Positions 58,483 through 64,000 of a DNA stretch of 64,000 nucleotides are shown piece after piece (position 1 is the stretch's first letter; each line of letters starts with the position of its first letter). The stretch is from Bacillota bacterium (GTDB lineage Bacteria; Bacillota; Sulfobacillia; JACIYH01). The DNA is taken from assembly GCA_030019365.1 (NCBI GenBank), contig JASEFA010000001.1, positions 398,953-462,952 of the forward strand, given 5' to 3'. A program made the position numbers and the translations under genes. Under the pieces are notes generated by a model, which was given only the letters and a program-made list of their open reading frames with translations, made no database searches and had not been told where the DNA came from.

Positions 58483-60140
58483 GAGAGCGGTACAGCCGCA
58501 TCGTTCGTTTCTGGCGTGCGCATGTGTTCAGGTACCGTGCTATGTGGGGTCTCGCGCTCGCTCTACAGCTTTTGTTCTTCGCGATCAGCGGGGTCCTCCC
58601 CTTCTTCTTCAAACGGGTCATCGATGCCCTGACCGTGCTTGATGGGGGCCTCTTTGTCACCTGGATTGTCGTGTTCCTGGGCGCGGAGATTGCGCAGGTC
58701 TTGCTGCTCTACGGTCGCGGCTATGCCATGCGCCGCCTAGAGCTGAAGGTGGAACAGGACGTTCAGACCGCCATGTACAGGCGGTTCCACACCATGCCCT
58801 ACGAGCAGGCGCTCAAGACCAAGGTCGGGGAGGCGCTGCAGCGTCTCACGAGCGACGTGCCGCGCTGCTCTCCGCTCATCATCAAGAGCTTCTCCGAGCT
58901 CCTCGGGCACATCGTGCTCGTGCTGATCGTGCTGGCGCTCACGTTCGTGATGGCCCCGCTCCTGGCGGGGATTTCGCTGGCGTTCGTAGCTGTCTACACA
59001 GTGGGCTTCCGGATGTATGGGAAACGGGCTGCGGTAGTCGCCACCCGCAGGCAGGAGGTCGAGGCCCAGTACATCGCCGAGGCCGAGGAAGGCCTGGGGG
59101 CCCTGTACTCGGTGCGCGTGCAGGCTGGCCTCCGCGGGGTGATGCGCCGCTTCTCCCAGGCGCTTTCCGCCTACCTTCGGGAGGGTTTTGCCCTGTACAA
59201 GCTGAACCTCCTGTTCCAGGGCGGTTTCACCACCTCGATCACCGTCGCCTCGGAGGTGGCCATCCTCCTCACCGGGGCGTGGCTCATTTTCCGGGGAGAG
59301 AACACGGTGGGGACGCTAGTCGCCTTCAGCCAGTATATTAACTGGCTGTACGTGTTCGTCAACTTCATGTCCGGCTTCGCCGCGGAGATCGAGCCGGCGC
59401 TCGTGTCGTTGGAGCGGGTTCAGGAGGTGCTGGCCTGGACCGGTGACTGGACTGTCGAGGAGCCCATCGCCCCGACCGCACTCCCCGATCACCCGTACGC
59501 CATCGAGGTGCGGGGCCTCGATTTCGCGCTGGGTGATGTCCCCATCTTCCCAAGGTTGTCTCTGCAGATCGAGCGCGGAGTGACTACGGCCGTGGTCGGC
59601 CGAAGCGGCCTGGGCAAGAGCACGCTTCTGAACATCATCCTCGGCCTCTATCCCGTCCCGCCGGGCAAGGTGTTCCTCTTCGGCCGGGACGTGGCGACGA
59701 TGCCTCTTTCCGAACGCATGGGGTTCTTCGCGGTGGTGGAGCAAGAGCCGAGGTTTCTGAGCGGGGGTCTGGCCACGGAGCTCGCTTTTTCCCACATAGT
59801 AGCAGACCTTGCGGGCGTGGCGCAGAGCTTTGGGCTGGGCGAGTTTGTGGAGCGCCTTCTTTCGCGCGAGATCTCGTCAGCAAAGCTCTCCGAGCTTTCG
59901 GGCGGTGAACGCAAGCGGCTTGGCATCCTGCGGGGCCTTTTGCGCGAGGCTCCAGTGCTGCTGCTCGACGAGCCCACCGCGTTTCTCGACGAGGAAACGG
60001 CGAAACGGATCCTGGCCGGGATAAGCACGAACTACTCGGGGAGGACAATAGTGGTATTCTCCCACGATCCCCTGGTCCTGCGGTACTGCCAAGCGGTGGT
60101 GGACCTGGCGGCCACGCAGGAGCACGGGGCGAGTTCCTAG
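58479..60140 (+). CDS. ABC exporter, fused membrane + ATPase domains (peptide/RiPP-type)
   Basis: TM domain, GRSGLGKS, LSGGERKR, LLLDEPT, SH; ATGA overlap with the rSAM tail. Confidence 0.9.
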   Translation: MRERYSRIVRFWRAHVFRYRAMWGLALALQLLFFAISGVLPFFFKRVIDALTVLDGGLFVTWIVVFLGAEIAQVLLLYGRGYAMRRLELKVEQDVQTAMYRRFHTMPYEQALKTKVGEALQRLTSDVPRCSPLIIKSFSELLGHIVLVLIVLALTFVMAPLLAGISLAFVAVYTVGFRMYGKRAAVVATRRQEVEAQYIAEAEEGLGALYSVRVQAGLRGVMRRFSQALSAYLREGFALYKLNLLFQGGFTTSITVASEVAILLTGAWLIFRGENTVGTLVAFSQYINWLYVFVNFMSGFAAEIEPALVSLERVQEVLAWTGDWTVEEPIAPTALPDHPYAIEVRGLDFALGDVPIFPRLSLQIERGVTTAVVGRSGLGKSTLLNIILGLYPVPPGKVFLFGRDVATMPLSERMGFFAVVEQEPRFLSGGLATELAFSHIVADLAGVAQSFGLGEFVERLLSREISSAKLSELSGGERKRLGILRGLLREAPVLLLDEPTAFLDEETAKRILAGISTNYSGRTIVVFSHDPLVLRYCQAVVDLAATQEHGASS

Positions 60141-60225
60141 CCCAAGTTCACCCCTGAGGTTTCTGCGCAAGGGCGATACCTTATGTCATCATGTCGTTCC
60201 CGACCCGTATCTGGCAGGCACGCCG

Positions 60226-61251
60226 TCAACTTTCCGGCACTATCAGCCTTCCGTCACGTGTGCGGACGATCCGTTGCGCATGAGCAGCCACCTCTGGATC
60301 GTGGGTGACCACCACTATCGTAAGCTGGCATGGGTCAGCCACCCGTACAGGACCAGACCAATCCCCCCGCCCAGCCCCCCGCATACGGCAGCGACCAGCA
60401 CCTCTTCCGTGAGGAATACCCGTAGCACCACCCACCAGGACAAGATGCCCCCTGCGCCGGCGCAGGCTGTACCACGCGTACCCCAGGAAGGAGAATCCTG
60501 CCCGCCCAACCGGAGACGACGAGTACCGCGCCGCCGCCACCCCCTCCCACGGGGTTACCCTCCTCAGTTCGGCGAGCACCAGCAGACCTGCCGCCAGGGC
60601 AAGCACCACGGTCACAGGTCCGGCCAGCAGGGCCTTCCCAGGGGGTATCCTTAGACCCAAGGGGCGGCTCACGACCGGTGCAACCGGAAGCGAAACACCA
60701 GCCGCCACCATTCCCACAAGAAGCAGTTCCAGAAAATTCGCCACCGCCAGCCCAGGGCAAGGAGCAGGCTGAGTTCCTGCCGCCGCCTGTTGCAGGTTGA
60801 GCCTGCTCATGTGCAGAGCAAACGCCCCGGCCGCCAGCAGCATGACGGAAGAAAGCATTACGCTGTCACCCTGGACTCTCCTGCAGACGTCCAGGTGCAA
60901 TCCCTTCTGTACCCAGGGTTCTTCAATCCAGCCCACACCTTCCGCGTCGCCGTATCCGGGAAGGTACACGTTGACCCGCCGCGGCGATGAACCCGCCGTG
61001 ATGTCAACATGCAGGCCCGTCACCCGGGCAATCTCAGAGGCCACCACCTCCAGCCGCCTCTGCGTTTCCGGGCTGCGCTCGCGCGCCCCCTTCACCCGCA
61101 CGCGGACGGTGCTGATGCAATCGTCCCCTACCAACTGCCGGGCTGGTTCCAGCGTGGTGATGAGTACCGCCGGCAGTTGGAGGTACCCGGCGGGCTCCAG
61201 GGTGGGCTTGAGCCACCCTCTGGACGCTGAACCTCGCCCCGGCGCCGGCAC
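60226..61251 (-). pseudogene. FtsX/MacB-type ABC permease remnant joined to an ABC ATPase C-terminus
   Basis: TGLHVDITAGSSP, WVQKG, TM segments scattered over frames, ends TIVVVTHDPEVAAHAQRIV..RDG. Confidence 0.7.
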
Positions 61252-61638
61252 CGCCCTTGCCGCCGGCGGGAAGTAGGTCTCCGGGGGGACCGGGTTCAGA
61301 GAGGTCCCGCCGGGTGCTCCTGTGCACCCACGGGCTGCGCGATGCCGCCGAGATATGCTCCCGGTTCACGATCCTGGTGCGTTCTCTCACGCCGTCGGGT
61401 CACCGGCTCGAGGTAACCGCCCTCTTTCCCGAAAGCCTCCTCACCCTCGCCACCCTCCAAACGCGTCAACACCCGCTTCGACCACGGCATCCTGGGCTGG
61501 AGCATCGCCATCTCCTTTACTCTGGCCCTGCCTCACCCAGTACTGGTCGTTCCGCGGAAACATGGCCCAACCAGTCACCCACGTCCTCCGCCAACGAGTG
61601 ACGTGCCCTTCCCGCGCGCGGTGCGGGCCGCTTACGGG

Positions 61639-62145
61639 CTACCCAAGATCAAACTCGGACTCGTCATCACTCGCCCTTTCCATTTCGTGCAGGAACTCCA
61701 CGAAACTTCGGCCCTCCTGAGCCCACAATTCCCTGAGGCGGAAGGCCTTTTTCAGCACCAGTTCCACCCTGTCCGGTTCCAGGTCAACATCGTACGCATG
61801 ACGGAAGAAGTGGCGAAACGCTCTCAGCTCGTTCAGGCACCGAAACCCTTCATCCCCCACCAACGCCGGCCTCAGCCCCTTGACCGAAAGCCGCATCCTT
61901 TCCAGCAGACTCCTGTGCCACCCTCCGCTGTCAACCGCGTTCCCGAATACTTCAGCAACTGACTGAAACACTCTCTCGTACCCGGCGTAAAGCTGGTTCA
62001 GGTAAAACGCGGTTTCCACCACGCAACTGTAGTCCCCGGTAGCACGGTACCGCCGCCAGCTCTGGTCAATCCTTTCGTAGAGCCGGGCCTGCCTCCGGTT
62101 CGCGTCTTCTATTTGACTGATGAGAGTCAAGAGCTTCTCTCTCAT
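61639..62145 (-). CDS. HEPN ribonuclease toxin (HepT-like)
   Basis: RHFFRHAY = RX4HXY motif; WHRSLL; downstream of MNT. Confidence 0.85.
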   Translation of the reverse strand: MREKLLTLISQIEDANRRQARLYERIDQSWRRYRATGDYSCVVETAFYLNQLYAGYERVFQSVAEVFGNAVDSGGWHRSLLERMRLSVKGLRPALVGDEGFRCLNELRAFRHFFRHAYDVDLEPDRVELVLKKAFRLRELWAQEGRSFVEFLHEMERASDDESEFDLG

Positions 62146-62500
62146 AAACCACCACTCCCTCAGCCCGAACCTTTTCTGCGAAGGGAAGGCGGGCCAGATC
62201 CCGCACGTCGACCCCCCGCTCAAGCCGGCTATCCAGTTCCGCCCACAGGCCGAGCAGGTCTGTGAACGAAAGGTCTCCCTCTACGGCCAGATCGACGTCC
62301 GAATCAGCATGCCAGCGACCGGTCAACACGGAACCGTACAGGTAAATCCGATCGACGGAGAACCGCGGCGCTACTTCTGCTACGGCACTACTTAGACGGG
62401 CAATGATCTGCCGCCGTTCCAACTGCCTGCGCCGCTCGAGCGCCTGGCTCCTGCGCAAGAGAAGCCTGTACGCACGGGCCGCTTCCTCGGGCGAAAACAC
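62066..62500 (-). CDS. Minimal nucleotidyltransferase antitoxin (MntA-like)
   Basis: YLYGSVLTGRWHADSDVDLAV (GSX10DXD), EGVVVYE; RBS GAGGTGG. Confidence 0.88.
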   Translation of the reverse strand: MFSPEEAARAYRLLLRRSQALERRRQLERRQIIARLSSAVAEVAPRFSVDRIYLYGSVLTGRWHADSDVDLAVEGDLSFTDLLGLWAELDSRLERGVDVRDLARLPFAEKVRAEGVVVYEREALDSHQSNRRREPEAGPALRKD

Positions 62501-62714
62501 CGTACCACCTCAGTTCCACACTAAGGATATCACAGGCTTCCTGCCACCGAAAGGTCCTCGGTCCAGTGCCGCGCGCGCAAGGCAGAACCCAACACACCCG
62601 GCATTACAGCGCAACGAGGCCGGTCTATCCTGACCCCAGGAAACATCACAAAGGCTGGCCGCGTTGGCGCGGGGCGTCACCTGTTCCGAACCTCCCGGCG
62701 GCACACGCTGTGGT

Positions 62715-64000
62715 TCATGGATGGGAAGAAGTTGGCTCCCGGGTATCGAGGTGGCGCCCGGCCAGGGCCACCGGCACGGTCGCTGCGCAGGTACTCGATC
62801 CCAGCACGATTACCAGGCCCACCGCCCGCAGCCAGGCCCGCACCCCCGCCCAGGACCCCGCTCCCATCATCCAAACCCCGACTGCCAGGACGGCGGCATA
62901 GCCGGCTTCCAGAAGAAGGCTCAGCAGGAACGCCCAGCCCGAGGTCCGCTGGCGCGGGTCCCGGGCGGTGAAGTTAGGGTAGAGGGCGCCGGCAGCCACG
63001 TTGAGCGAAGCCAGCCCCGGCGCGACGACGAGGACGAAGACGGCCATGAGCAGCACGGCCCGGATGCCGCCCCCCAGGACCAGGCCGAGCACGGGGGCCA
63101 GCACCAGCCCCGGGACGACCACCAGGGGCATGACACCCAGGACCTTCCCCCAGAGGATCTCCTCGCCGGCCACCGGCGTGCTGCGCAAGAGAGGCCAGCC
63201 CCTGCCCTCGCGACCCACTGCCCCCACGCCCAGGTACCCGGCCAGCCCCGCCAGCAGCAGGAAGGCCGCTCCCAGGCCGGCGTACAGCCCGCCAGTACCG
63301 GCAAGGAAGCCCGGGCTCCCACCCTTCATAACGGGGACCACTACGGCCACCCCCATCACCACCACCAGGTACAGGGCCTGGGCCCACTCCCGCATGTCGC
63401 GCGCGATGCTGCGCACTTCCTTGGCCGCGAGCGCCAGCACCGGCGATGGCAGGCCCGCGGCCGGCCGCGCGGCCCTGGTGGGGGCCACACCGGCCGCGGG
63501 CGCGTGACCGACGGCGCGGGCCGCACCCGTCCCGGCCGCCCCGTCAGCAGCCTCGGGCACGGCGACTGGCGCCGGGGCGACGCGTCGCTGTCGGGGGAGC
63601 CGCCGGCGACGCTGCCGGCGGCGCACCTCACCGCTGCCCGCCCACCCACCGTAGAACGCCTTCTGCACGAGCAGGAACGACAGGGCGAAGAAAACCAGGG
63701 AACAGGCGGCCGCCAGCCCAAACCAACCGGCGAAGGAATCGGCCGGTCCCCGCACGGCAGTACGGGCGGCCTGGGCCAGCCACCAGGCCGGGGAATACCC
63801 CGCACTGGCCAGGCCAAAGCGCCCCACCATCTGGGCCAGCTCCTGTGGGCTCATCCCGGCCGCATAGCGCGGGCCCAGCTGACCCAGGGCATAGAACGCC
63901 GCCGCCAGCAGCGAGCCCAGGGCGGCGCCCAGCTCCTTCACCCGGTAGGGCGGGATGAGGCGCATGGCCAGCAGGTTCAGGGAGGTGCCCACCGCCGCGG
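62715..64000 (-). CDS. Putative ABC exporter permease, 5' end outside the window
   Basis: Many TM segments; KEVRSIARD, REGRGWPLLRSTPV....ILWGK, YPNF. Confidence 0.75.
   Translation of the reverse strand, partial: AAVGTSLNLLAMRLIPPYRVKELGAALGSLLAAAFYALGQLGPRYAAGMSPQELAQMVGRFGLASAGYSPAWWLAQAARTAVRGPADSFAGWFGLAAACSLVFFALSFLLVQKAFYGGWAGSGEVRRRQRRRRLPRQRRVAPAPVAVPEAADGAAGTGAARAVGHAPAAGVAPTRAARPAAGLPSPVLALAAKEVRSIARDMREWAQALYLVVVMGVAVVVPVMKGGSPGFLAGTGGLYAGLGAAFLLLAGLAGYLGVGAVGREGRGWPLLRSTPVAGEEILWGKVLGVMPLVVVPGLVLAPVLGLVLGGGIRAVLLMAVFVLVVAPGLASLNVAAGALYPNFTARDPRQRTSGWAFLLSLLLEAGYAAVLAVGVWMMGAGSWAGVRAWLRAVGLVIVLGSSTCAATVPVALAGRHLDTREPTSSHP

Noticed and set aside
1..64000. tRNA or rRNA genes
   Set aside because: None recognised in the intergenic regions by eye; tRNAscan-SE would confirm

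Overview
High-GC chromosomal window from an endospore-forming Bacillota (Firmicutes) bacterium, with almost all genes on the minus strand. About 57 kb is the conserved efp-spoIIIA-accC-nusB-folD-xseAB-ispA-dxs-nadK-argR-recN-spoIVB-spo0A ... nudF-spoIIM-xerD-deoB-dacF-spoIIA-spoVA backbone, carrying several metabolic insertions: a glycine-cleavage operon with archaeal-type LipS1/LipS2 lipoyl synthase, NfnAB, two tandem Leu/Phe/Val dehydrogenases with a 4-subunit 2-oxoacid oxidoreductase, an orphan motAB, and a perR-rubrerythrin/arginine-synthetase-like/thrC block that splits spoVA. Non-coding highlights: (1) an OLE RNA between ispA and dxs with no adjacent oapA; (2) a candidate Leu/Val/Ile-rich leader peptide running through an intrinsic terminator ahead of the branched-chain amino-acid catabolic operon, a possible inverted-logic attenuator; (3) a glycine riboswitch with a decayed first aptamer and an enlarged P2, followed by a T-box-like motif. 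The last ~7 kb is an accessory patch with a decayed radical SAM/SPASM RiPP-like cluster, ABC transporter remnants and an intact MNT-HEPN toxin-antitoxin pair. All calls come from motif recognition and synteny by eye; no database searches were run, and start codons were picked from RBS position.
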